A stretch of 44,059 bases of DNA from Elusimicrobiota bacterium (GTDB lineage Bacteria; Elusimicrobiota; Endomicrobiia; Endomicrobiales; JBDRNC01), in contig JBDRNC010000022.1 in the NCBI GenBank assembly GCA_043811535.1, positions 1-44,059 on the forward strand, in the 5' to 3' direction. Shown here in pieces: positions 26,358 to 34,590 of the stretch. The notes under the pieces were generated by a model that saw only the letters and a program-made list of their open reading frames with translations, was not told where the DNA came from and searched no databases. Positions within the stretch are counted from its first letter, which is position 1. Every line of letters starts with the position of its first letter. The translations under genes and the position numbers were made by a program.

Positions 26358-27908
26358 ATGAAGGCGAAAATACTAATTGCCGCCGCGGTTGTTTTTTTGA
26401 TAAATTCCGTGGCATTTGCCGGCAGTTTTACGACCGCGGATTCGGTTTATTACTGGTTCGCGTGCCGCCAGATCGCCGAAGGACCCGTGATCCCCGAAGA
26501 AATGGACAGTTTTTCGGTCGAGGACCAGGCGCTGGCGGCGATAGTCTTTACCGTCAGGGGGCATTACAACAGGGCGGGAAGGATCCTTAGATACTTTGAA
26601 AAACTGAAGAAGAGCGCCCGCGGCGATTTCGCTGGTTTTTACACGAACTACCAGCTGAACGGTGAGCCGCTAAGCAGCGAGATAAATCCTTCAAACCAGT
26701 TATGGCTTATTATCGCCGCCGCGCATTACACGGAATACACGGGCGACAAAAGATTTCTGAAGTTCGCGCGGGAGCTTGCGGGCGCGGTTGCCCGCCTGGA
26801 AGGGCCTGAAGGCGGTTTAGCCGCGGGTTTCATCGGAGAAGGGCCGATCGATTTTATCAGGGCTTCGGACAATATCCTCGCGTGTTCGGCGATGTACGGT
26901 CTTTGGAACGTGACGCAGTCAAGCGAGTACCGTTTTACCGCTTACAGGGCATGCCAGTACCTGAATGTTTTTCTTACGGAGAAGGCTTCCGGGAATTTCT
27001 ATTTCAGCAATGTCCGCAAGACCAACGAGCCGTCCAACTCGCTGGACGCGCTGCTTGTTTTCGAAGAAAAACGGCAGGCATGGAGAAATCTTCCCGGAGA
27101 GCTGGATTTCAAGAACAGGGAAAAACTCGCGCTCGTCTATCAGCTTTCTGGCGAACAGGATAAATCCGAGGCGATCCTCAATGACCTGGCTTCCAGCCTT
27201 TTATTCAGCAAGAGGCATTTGGGCGGGGCCGTGATGCCTTCGAGGGAAAAGGGGTCGGATTACAATTTAGGTATTTCGGCGTGGTACATCTTCGCGTCCG
27301 AGGGCTTTAACCCGTTTTTTCAGTATCCTGCGTCTTGGAAAGACACGGATCACTATTTCCAGACGTTCAAAAGATTTTCCGGAGATGATTTTGAGGGCGG
27401 CCTGATGAAAACGCTGCTCGTTTACAACGTGAAAACGCTGGAAGGCTTTACAAACAAGCCCAGGGTGGACTGGACCCGGGACAAGGAAACGGAAAGCGGC
27501 GTCCTGCGTGTTTTTCTGCCAGAAAAACCCGGGAAAACATCGGCTAAGATAGTAATATCGCGTTCTTTCCTTGAACCGCAGGATTTTTCCGCGGTAACCA
27601 GCATCAAGTTTTGGGTCAGGGGAAATCCCGGGGCGTCAAACAGCGGGTCGCTGCAGCCGTCGCTGAAAGTAGGCCTTGGCGTGATCGACGGCGACGGCGA
27701 GATATGGGTTTCAAAAGAAACGTCATTCGTGTCGCGCTTCAGGTTCGTGAGCGGCATACAATTTTTCACCGGATGGACTAAATCAACGGACAGCCCTCCG
27801 GGGAACGGACTGCTGGATTCAGCCAGTATCCGGGAGCTGATGTTTATTTTAATGCAGTCCAGCGACAATCCATGGGATATATCCATAGATAATTTAAGCC
27901 TTGAATAA
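26358..27908 (+). CDS. Secreted protein: helical six-hairpin-glycosidase-like N-domain plus C-terminal carbohydrate-binding-module-like domain
   Basis: Signal peptide ending AFA; DQALAAI, W..IA..HY...TGD..FL; C-terminal QDFS....IKFWVRG...ISIDNLSLE. Confidence 0.6.
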   Translation: MKAKILIAAAVVFLINSVAFAGSFTTADSVYYWFACRQIAEGPVIPEEMDSFSVEDQALAAIVFTVRGHYNRAGRILRYFEKLKKSARGDFAGFYTNYQLNGEPLSSEINPSNQLWLIIAAAHYTEYTGDKRFLKFARELAGAVARLEGPEGGLAAGFIGEGPIDFIRASDNILACSAMYGLWNVTQSSEYRFTAYRACQYLNVFLTEKASGNFYFSNVRKTNEPSNSLDALLVFEEKRQAWRNLPGELDFKNREKLALVYQLSGEQDKSEAILNDLASSLLFSKRHLGGAVMPSREKGSDYNLGISAWYIFASEGFNPFFQYPASWKDTDHYFQTFKRFSGDDFEGGLMKTLLVYNVKTLEGFTNKPRVDWTRDKETESGVLRVFLPEKPGKTSAKIVISRSFLEPQDFSAVTSIKFWVRGNPGASNSGSLQPSLKVGLGVIDGDGEIWVSKETSFVSRFRFVSGIQFFTGWTKSTDSPPGNGLLDSASIRELMFILMQSSDNPWDISIDNLSLE

Positions 27909-27930
27909 CACGCGGCGCGGAGGGTCTTCA

Positions 27931-29157
27931 CTGAAAAAACTGCTTATAACATCAGCCATCCTGGCGGCGATAGCGCAAACAGGTTATTGCGTGGAGTTTG
28001 AGAGCCCGAGGGCGTTCGGCATGGGACAGGCCTTTTCCGCGCTTAACAGCGGCGTGGATTCCGTTTATTACAACCCGGCCGGCCTCATGCGGCAGGAAAT
28101 GATGGAACTGAAAATGGATTTCGGAAGCATGTATGAGAGCGGCAGGATCGGTTTTTCGGGCGGCGGCATTTTTTCATGGCCGCTGGACATGCTGGGCGGA
28201 AACCCGGTGGCCGTGCACGCGAACAAAAAGCAGATTGAAGGAATAAACGTGCAGGAGGCAGGGTTTACGATTGCGGGCAATATATTTTCCGATAATTTCC
28301 GCTGGGGCACTACCCTGAAATGGCGCTCCGACGCTTCCCCGGAATCAACCTCGCTGATTCTCGCAGATTTTGGAGTGCAGTCAGAATGGTCTGTGGAGAA
28401 AATACAATACGGCATCGGCTTTAAAAACCTTTTTTCCGGGAACGATTCGATGGCAAAGATAACGCCTGTGTTGGGACTGGGATATCCTTCGCCGGCCGGG
28501 CAGTTGACGACCGACATGTCCTGGGTATCCAACAAGATGTATATGTCGGGCGGGTGGGAAAAGGGGTTGTACAGCAGTCTGCTTGTCATGCGTCTCGGTT
28601 ATTTCAATTCAGAGAAATCTTACGCCACAATCGGACTGAGCTCGTATCTGTGGCCGGTGGGTTTTGATACGGCTTTCGCCCTGCCGGTTAACGACAAGGA
28701 TTCCGGATATTTTCAGTTCTCGCTGAGATACCGTTTCGGCGGAGAACATTTTTCCGAAATATACATGAACAGGGCGATTGAAAAAGCCGCCGCACTGGAA
28801 CAGAAGATCAAGCGGCTTAAGGCCAGAAAGAGCGAATTGGATAAATCGATGGACGATTCCATGTTCGTGCCTGAAAAACAGCCGGAAGAACCGAAACCTT
28901 CAGCGAAACCGGCTGCTCCGCCCCCGCCTAAACCTACGGTTGACAAACCGCGGAATGTCGAAAGAACCGAAGCCAAGCCCAAAAAACCAACCTGGCCGCA
29001 GAGCCATAAAGTCGAAGAGAACGATACTCTAAGAGACATAGCGCAGAGATATTACGACGATCCGGGCAAATGGCAGCTCATATACCGCGCAAACGAGGAT
29101 AAAGTAATCCGCGGCAGGCCGCAAGCAGGCGCGGATTTGGTGATACCGGAACCTTAA
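27931..29157 (+). CDS. PorV/FadL-like outer-membrane beta-barrel, coiled coil, Pro-rich linker and C-terminal LysM domain
   Basis: PRAFGMGQAFSA....DSVYYNPAGL, amphipathic strands ending FSLRYRF, HKVEENDTLRDIAQRYY...W..IY.AN...LVIP; CTG 27931 has SD GGAGGG (alternative start TTG 27901). Confidence 0.75.
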   Translation: MKKLLITSAILAAIAQTGYCVEFESPRAFGMGQAFSALNSGVDSVYYNPAGLMRQEMMELKMDFGSMYESGRIGFSGGGIFSWPLDMLGGNPVAVHANKKQIEGINVQEAGFTIAGNIFSDNFRWGTTLKWRSDASPESTSLILADFGVQSEWSVEKIQYGIGFKNLFSGNDSMAKITPVLGLGYPSPAGQLTTDMSWVSNKMYMSGGWEKGLYSSLLVMRLGYFNSEKSYATIGLSSYLWPVGFDTAFALPVNDKDSGYFQFSLRYRFGGEHFSEIYMNRAIEKAAALEQKIKRLKARKSELDKSMDDSMFVPEKQPEEPKPSAKPAAPPPPKPTVDKPRNVERTEAKPKKPTWPQSHKVEENDTLRDIAQRYYDDPGKWQLIYRANEDKVIRGRPQAGADLVIPEP

Positions 29158-29160
29158 AAG

Positions 29161-29248
29161 CAGGGGCCAGTTGCCAGGGTCCGGTGGCCAGTAAAAGCAA
29201 AGACAAGACTTTTAAATCCTGGACCCTTGACGCTGGACCCTGGACCCT
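29161..29248. repeat. Inverted heptamer array, GGACCCT family
   Basis: caggggccagttgccagggtcc ... cctggacccttgacgctggaccctggaccct. Confidence 0.85.
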
Positions 29249-29254
29249 AATAAA

Positions 29255-30544
29255 ATGAAAGACAAGATAAAGAAGGAATTTGAGGCGTTGAAGAAGGCAA
29301 TTATAGAGAGGGCGGCTCCGCACATGGAAGAGCCGGCGCTGAAAGCCGTCGTTTCGAGCCTTGAAGAATTTGAAAGGGGCCTTGAAGGAAACCTCGAAGA
29401 TGCAGACACGGGAAGCGCGCAGCTGAAAGAGGAAAACGAGATCCTGCGTTCAATATCCGGGCTTTCCGGGGACGGGATTAAAGCCAAAACCGTGGAACAG
29501 GGGGAAGAGATACGGTTTCTGCGCGGACAGCTGCTTAAACTGAAAAAAGAGTATGATAAACTGAAACAAACCGGCGAAGAATTAAACGTGAGTCTGGCGA
29601 AACTGAAGAACCAAAACGCAAAAATACAGGGATTACGCGATGCTGAGCAGAAAAAGGGCATAGATGACATGGAAAACCTGAAAACCTGTTTAAAGGAATT
29701 GAAAGAGAAGGTTGAAACGCAGCAGACGGAGATAGGCAAAGAGAAGGAAAGGATTATATCCGAAGACAAAGAATTCAGGGAAAGAAATTCAGGCGAAATA
29801 GAGAATAAGATGCTGCAGGAAATTAAACTGATGAGCTCCAAACTGCGGAACCTGACAAGCGCGATATCGGGTTCATCTAAATTCTGCCTTGAAAAACTTG
29901 AGAACATAAGAAGCTCGTCTCCGAAAACCGCTCCGAAGTCGCTCGCGCAAAGGATTGCCGGAAAGCTCGGGAAGCCTGCGCAGGATTATGTCCTGGAACT
30001 CGCTCCCGACCTTGACCTTATTAACCGCAGCAGCACGGAACTGACGCAGGCAATAGACATCTACATCAAGCTCTACGAAGAGCCGAAAGTAAAATATGAA
30101 AAGATTAATTTCCTTGACCTGTGGAACGAGCTGAACGGGAAGTACATGACCCAGATAGCCAGATTCAATATAAAAATAAAATGGCCCGCGGAAATGAAAT
30201 ATCCCGCCTTTTCTTCCGACAGAAAAATCATTTCCGAAATCTGCCACACGCTGATAATTAATGCGCTTGAAAGCATGCCGCAGGGGGGCGTGCTGGAGAT
30301 TGCGGCGGTATTTTCTGATGAGAGCATAAAACTTGTCTTTGCCGATGAAGGCGCGGGCATCAAGACGGACGATAAGGGCAAGCTTTTTCTTCCTTTCTAT
30401 TCCACGAAACCGGGCAGGTGGGGCATGGGACTTCCTACGGCGCAAAGGTGCTCCGCGGTTCTCGGAGGGGAAATCACGTATGAACCGAAAAACAAAGGAA
30501 GCGTCTTTACGCTAATGCTGCCCAGGGATGGTGAGAAAAAATGA
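29255..30544 (+). CDS. Soluble coiled-coil histidine-kinase-like protein lacking the H-box histidine
   Basis: INALESM, DEGAGI, LF.PFYSTK and GMGL are present; the H-box position reads MSSKLRNL. Confidence 0.8.
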   Translation: MKDKIKKEFEALKKAIIERAAPHMEEPALKAVVSSLEEFERGLEGNLEDADTGSAQLKEENEILRSISGLSGDGIKAKTVEQGEEIRFLRGQLLKLKKEYDKLKQTGEELNVSLAKLKNQNAKIQGLRDAEQKKGIDDMENLKTCLKELKEKVETQQTEIGKEKERIISEDKEFRERNSGEIENKMLQEIKLMSSKLRNLTSAISGSSKFCLEKLENIRSSSPKTAPKSLAQRIAGKLGKPAQDYVLELAPDLDLINRSSTELTQAIDIYIKLYEEPKVKYEKINFLDLWNELNGKYMTQIARFNIKIKWPAEMKYPAFSSDRKIISEICHTLIINALESMPQGGVLEIAAVFSDESIKLVFADEGAGIKTDDKGKLFLPFYSTKPGRWGMGLPTAQRCSAVLGGEITYEPKNKGSVFTLMLPRDGEKK

Positions 30545-31668
30545 TTAATATACTCCTGATGCTGGCAAAGAAAGAGCACGTCAGCGAATTGGCATCGATA
30601 CTTTCTTCTGAAAAGCACAAGGTTATCATAGGGGAAAAAGGGATATCGGTGCGCGGTTACATACATGATAATCCCGATATCGTGATACTCGATTCCTCGT
30701 ACGGCGCCGCGATGATAGATGAAGTAAGAAAAAATCTCCCGAACAAGCCGTGTATATGCCTGCTTCCGGAGTATGACGCGCGGATGGCTGTTGAACTCCT
30801 GAAAGCGGGCGCTTTTGACTGCATAAACCCGCCCCTGCGAAGAAGTGCCGTGAACGTGGTGATCAATCACGCAATCAGATCCTACGGGCTTTTCAAGGCC
30901 GACGCCTCGGTGAAAATAAAGAGATTCAAGAAGTATCTGAACAAAAGAAACATCATAATCGCATGCGCCGGCCTGCTGCTGGCAGTATATGCGGGGGTTA
31001 TTCTCGGGCAGAAGCAGTTCATCAGGATAGACCTCCCGTACAACGATCCTACCTCTGTGCTTTCCGACGGCGGGAACATGTGGCTCAGCAACTGGTACAC
31101 GCAGTCGATATACAAGTACCAGGAGAAAGATAATAAGCTGGACCTGAAAAAGGCATATTTCTTCTCTGATTTCGGGCCGCTTGTTATCGCCAAGTATGAG
31201 AATTACATATGGTCAGTGGGAAACGACCTTGTTTTAAGACAGCACGTCATAAACGAGAATCTTGACATAATACGCAATTACAAGCTCAGAGAGGGCTCGC
31301 CTTCAGGCATGGCTTTCGTGGGGAACAACCTGTGGATGTGCGATTCGGTCACGAAAAAGATATACCAGTATTACGTCGGGAGTGAGTTGCTGCTCATAAA
31401 TTCCTACAATTCAGGGCTTACGGCTCCAATCGGGCTCTACTGGGACGGCAAGTATGTATGGATAGCCGACGCGAGCACGAACAAAGCCTACGTTTTTGCC
31501 CAGAAGATGGACAACCTTGAACTGGCCAGAGTCTACCGCCTGCCAAAACATTCGGCCGGGGCGCTTTCCGGCATGTGCATCCGCGGAGACAAGATCTATC
31601 TGATATATAACGGAAGCCCTTCCTGCGTGATAATCGTAAAGATCGGCAAATTAAAACTGGAGATTTGA
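30541..31668 (+). CDS. Atypical receiver domain, one TM helix and beta-propeller-like C-terminal domain
   Basis: PDIVILD...AVELLKAGAFDCINPP; TM IIIACAGLLLAVYAGVIL; repeats PSGMAF..NLWMCD and PIGLYWDGKYVWIAD. Confidence 0.75.
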   Translation: MINILLMLAKKEHVSELASILSSEKHKVIIGEKGISVRGYIHDNPDIVILDSSYGAAMIDEVRKNLPNKPCICLLPEYDARMAVELLKAGAFDCINPPLRRSAVNVVINHAIRSYGLFKADASVKIKRFKKYLNKRNIIIACAGLLLAVYAGVILGQKQFIRIDLPYNDPTSVLSDGGNMWLSNWYTQSIYKYQEKDNKLDLKKAYFFSDFGPLVIAKYENYIWSVGNDLVLRQHVINENLDIIRNYKLREGSPSGMAFVGNNLWMCDSVTKKIYQYYVGSELLLINSYNSGLTAPIGLYWDGKYVWIADASTNKAYVFAQKMDNLELARVYRLPKHSAGALSGMCIRGDKIYLIYNGSPSCVIIVKIGKLKLEI

Positions 31669-31673
31669 AAACC

Positions 31674-32003
31674 ATGACAAAAGAAAACCGCAGGAGCCTG
31701 AGAATCAGCTGTTCGGTACCGGTTCTCGTGCGCGTGACTAAAGGCGAGCCTGCGGAAGCCTGGGGGATAATCTACGATATCAGCCTCGTGGGGATAAAAC
31801 TTGAAACAAGAAAAGAGCTGGAGAACAAGGAAACGGTATTCCTGAGTTTCACGCTGGGACAGAATTTTATTTTTGAAAATGCCCGAGGGACCGTAGTACG
31901 CGTATCCAAAAACGCCGGATACAGCATGGTCGGGATAGAATTTGACCTTGCCGTAGACAAGAACCATCTTAAAGACGCGTTAGTATCGCTGATAGAAGGC
32001 TAA
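31674..32003 (+). CDS. Stand-alone PilZ-domain protein
   Basis: ENRRSLR (RxxxR), DISLVG (DxSxxG), VGIEF; alternative start TTG 31665. Confidence 0.85.
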   Translation: MTKENRRSLRISCSVPVLVRVTKGEPAEAWGIIYDISLVGIKLETRKELENKETVFLSFTLGQNFIFENARGTVVRVSKNAGYSMVGIEFDLAVDKNHLKDALVSLIEG

Positions 32004-32007
32004 TATC

Positions 32008-32088
32008 AATTACAGATTCCAGATTACAGATTACAGTCTTTTTAAGTTAAAATTTGTAATATGTAATTTGTAATCTGTAATCTGTAAT
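32008..32088. repeat. Inverted heptamer array (ATTACAG / TGTAATn)
   Basis: attacagattccagattacagattacag ... tgtaatatgtaatttgtaatctgtaatctgtaat. Confidence 0.9.
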
Positions 32089-32110
32089 AAGAAATATGCA
32101 GGAGGTCAAA

Positions 32111-32581
32111 ATGGAACTTTTAAAGAAAAAATGGGTTAAAATTACGCTGACAGTTGCAGCCTGTATATGCGCGGTGTATCTGATGGTGTACGTGGACGTA
32201 ATCCTGCGCGCGAGGTCGGCGTATCTTGAAGGCGAGAAATACTGGGCCTGGAACGAAAATCCGAAACTGAAGGCGGATGCGCTTGAAAAGGAGTTTCAGA
32301 AAGATAAGTTATCCCTTGACAAGAAGCTTGAAAAGTTAAAAATCACGCAAGACGAGTATAATAAGCAGTATGAAATAATGAAGTTCAGGAGAGATGAACG
32401 CATCTCGGAAAGTTCAATTAAGTACGCCTATATATGGTATCAGACCACGGTTGAACTTTTTTCCCCTCCGGAGTCAAAGTGGGTGAAACAGGCGCGCGAA
32501 AAGATGCCGAAAGCCAAGGATCTCTGGAAAAAAGAGCTTAAGGACAAAAAAATACCTTTCGAAGACTACATGCTTGAATAA
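32111..32581 (+). CDS. Hypothetical protein with N-terminal TM anchor and helical body
   Basis: ATG 32111 follows SD GGAGGT; one hydrophobic segment. Confidence 0.7.
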   Translation: MELLKKKWVKITLTVAACICAVYLMVYVDVILRARSAYLEGEKYWAWNENPKLKADALEKEFQKDKLSLDKKLEKLKITQDEYNKQYEIMKFRRDERISESSIKYAYIWYQTTVELFSPPESKWVKQAREKMPKAKDLWKKELKDKKIPFEDYMLE

Positions 32582-32583
32582 AC

Positions 32584-32664
32584 AATTACAAATTACAGAT
32601 TTCAGATTACAGATTAAAGTCTTTTTTGGTTTAAATTTGTAATATGTAATTTGTAATCTGTAAT
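32584..32664. repeat. Inverted heptamer array, near copy of 32008-32088
   Basis: attacaaattacagatttcagattacag ... aaatttgtaatatgtaatttgtaatctgtaat. Confidence 0.9.
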
Positions 32665-32689
32665 TATTCAAAAGCACAAATATACATAC

Positions 32690-34498
32690 ATGAAAAAAAA
32701 CGTAACTGATGCTCAGCAATTAAACGGATTTAAAGAGAAGATCTCCGCGTGGCTCAAGGGATTAACGGGTGGGCACGGAGAAGAGTTCATCTCTGGCCTG
32801 GAGATCATAGAGGCGGTTGAATACGAGGTCCGCAGGATTTATTATGAGGTCCAGATAGAGACGCGCGGCATAGCGCCGTTCACTAAAAAGGAAAAAGCTC
32901 CGGACCTTCCGAAAGCGGTCGTGTTTGACCCCAAGACTGTGGACATCTGGGCGGTAAAGGTTGACGAAGCGTCGGATTTCTCCGCGAAGAGCGTGACAAT
33001 TGAAATACCCGAATCACTGAAAGCCGTTAACTGCGCGCAGTGCAGCGGCACCGGGCAATCGGTATGCCAGGAATGTATGGGGCATAAAGGGGTTCATTGC
33101 CCGGCGTGCAGGGGCGACGGAAAAATAAAATGCGCGAACTGCCGCGGTTCAAAATCGATTTTGTGCGAGCAGTGCGGTGGCACGGGACAGATGGATGGCG
33201 GCACGGGGGGTTGTCCCAGGTGTGGAGGGAAGAAGGAGTACAAGTGCCCGGTATGCGAAGGCAGGGGTGTCGTCCCCTGCGGGACCTGCGGCGGGAAAAT
33301 GCGCCTTCCGTGCAAAAAATGCGAAGAGACCGGATCTGTTTCATGCGGTTCGTGCAACGGCGCCGGGCAAAGTATTTCCGGATACGCGCTTGAGGTCCAT
33401 CACATCACGGAATTCAGGAAAGCCGAACTGATGGGAAGCGGCATCCCGCAGGATATTTTTTCGAAATTGCAGCAAAACCAGATAGAATGGAAACGCGAAT
33501 TTGAAAGTGACAGCGCGGGCCTGGCAGGCAAGGGCCTTGACAAGGAATTCCTGGATACGGTGGGACAACTCGGAAAAAAGATAAGTGTGCCGCAGAACGG
33601 CAAGTTGCTCTTTGACAGGATTACCGCGGAAAGAAGCGCTTATATCAAGGTCTTGTATAAAATTCCCGGGACATCGGCGGAAGTATGGTTCAGCGGCAAA
33701 GATATGAAGTTAACCAGCGAGCAGAACCCGCTGACGAGCGCTTATGCCGGGCTGACCGCGGAAATAAAGCGGAAGATATCAAAACTGGAATTTGCGGAAT
33801 CCGAAATACTTCTGCAGAAAATAGCCCATATTGATTTTCTGAAGAGCGAGATAGGGCTACTGAGGCAGAAAGCGAAATCAGCGCGCCTCGCGCTCGGAGT
33901 TAGGAGCGGGCTTGCCGGTTCGGTTGTTTTCTCGCTAATCGTCCTGCCAATCATTTATTCGCTTCTCGCGAAAAGTTTCCACGCGGGGCTTATAATCGCG
34001 GCCGCGCTTATCCTTAACCTTATTATAGGGTTTACGGCCGGGTACTTGCAGTATCTTTCCGGGATCATTCCTTCGGGGAACCTGATAAAGAAAACCTTCA
34101 TCACGGGCAGCGTGGTAGCAGCGTTTCTTTCGGTTATTTATAGTTTCGCGCCGATAACTAATTTCAACCCGGCAAAGGCGCTTGACAAGAGCCGGATGCT
34201 GGAAGAATACCAGAAATATTTCCCGTACGGACTGACAACGCTTGCGAACGAAAAGGATATACAGTTCCTTGAATACCTGACGATAAAGTACGCGCGTACC
34301 GGAGTTGACGTAAGCCAGCAGAAAAAGGAGCTGGAATGGCTTAAGGCCAAGCTTATCGAAGACAAAAAAAACCTGGAGCAGTCCGAAAAACAAAGGCAGG
34401 AGCTGGAGAACGCGGCAAAAGGGAAAAATGCAAAAAGAAAGGTAATACTGAATAAAAAAAAGGCCGGCAGCAATATAAGGATAAAGAAAGTCAAGTAA
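32690..34498 (+). CDS. Membrane protein with ten DnaJ-type CxxCxGxG zinc-finger repeats (no J domain), about 3 TM and a coiled-coil tail
   Basis: Ten CxxC units from CAQCSGTG to CGSCNGAG; no HPD motif. Confidence 0.8.
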   Translation: MKKNVTDAQQLNGFKEKISAWLKGLTGGHGEEFISGLEIIEAVEYEVRRIYYEVQIETRGIAPFTKKEKAPDLPKAVVFDPKTVDIWAVKVDEASDFSAKSVTIEIPESLKAVNCAQCSGTGQSVCQECMGHKGVHCPACRGDGKIKCANCRGSKSILCEQCGGTGQMDGGTGGCPRCGGKKEYKCPVCEGRGVVPCGTCGGKMRLPCKKCEETGSVSCGSCNGAGQSISGYALEVHHITEFRKAELMGSGIPQDIFSKLQQNQIEWKREFESDSAGLAGKGLDKEFLDTVGQLGKKISVPQNGKLLFDRITAERSAYIKVLYKIPGTSAEVWFSGKDMKLTSEQNPLTSAYAGLTAEIKRKISKLEFAESEILLQKIAHIDFLKSEIGLLRQKAKSARLALGVRSGLAGSVVFSLIVLPIIYSLLAKSFHAGLIIAAALILNLIIGFTAGYLQYLSGIIPSGNLIKKTFITGSVVAAFLSVIYSFAPITNFNPAKALDKSRMLEEYQKYFPYGLTTLANEKDIQFLEYLTIKYARTGVDVSQQKKELEWLKAKLIEDKKNLEQSEKQRQELENAAKGKNAKRKVILNKKKAGSNIRIKKVK

Positions 34499-34585
34499 GT
34501 TATGAGTTATGTGTTATGAGTATGGAGTAAAGACAACAAAATACTCCTTTTACAGCTCATTACTCATAACTCATCACCCATAACT
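34498..34585. repeat. Inverted heptamer array (GTTATGA / TCATAAC)
   Basis: gttatgagttatgtgttatgag ... ctcattactcataactcatcacccataac. Confidence 0.85.
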
Positions 34586-34590
34586 AAAAT

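Noticed and set aside
32690..34498. DnaJ chaperone or multiheme cytochrome
   Set aside because: No J domain/HPD, and the motifs are CxxC without the His of CxxCH.
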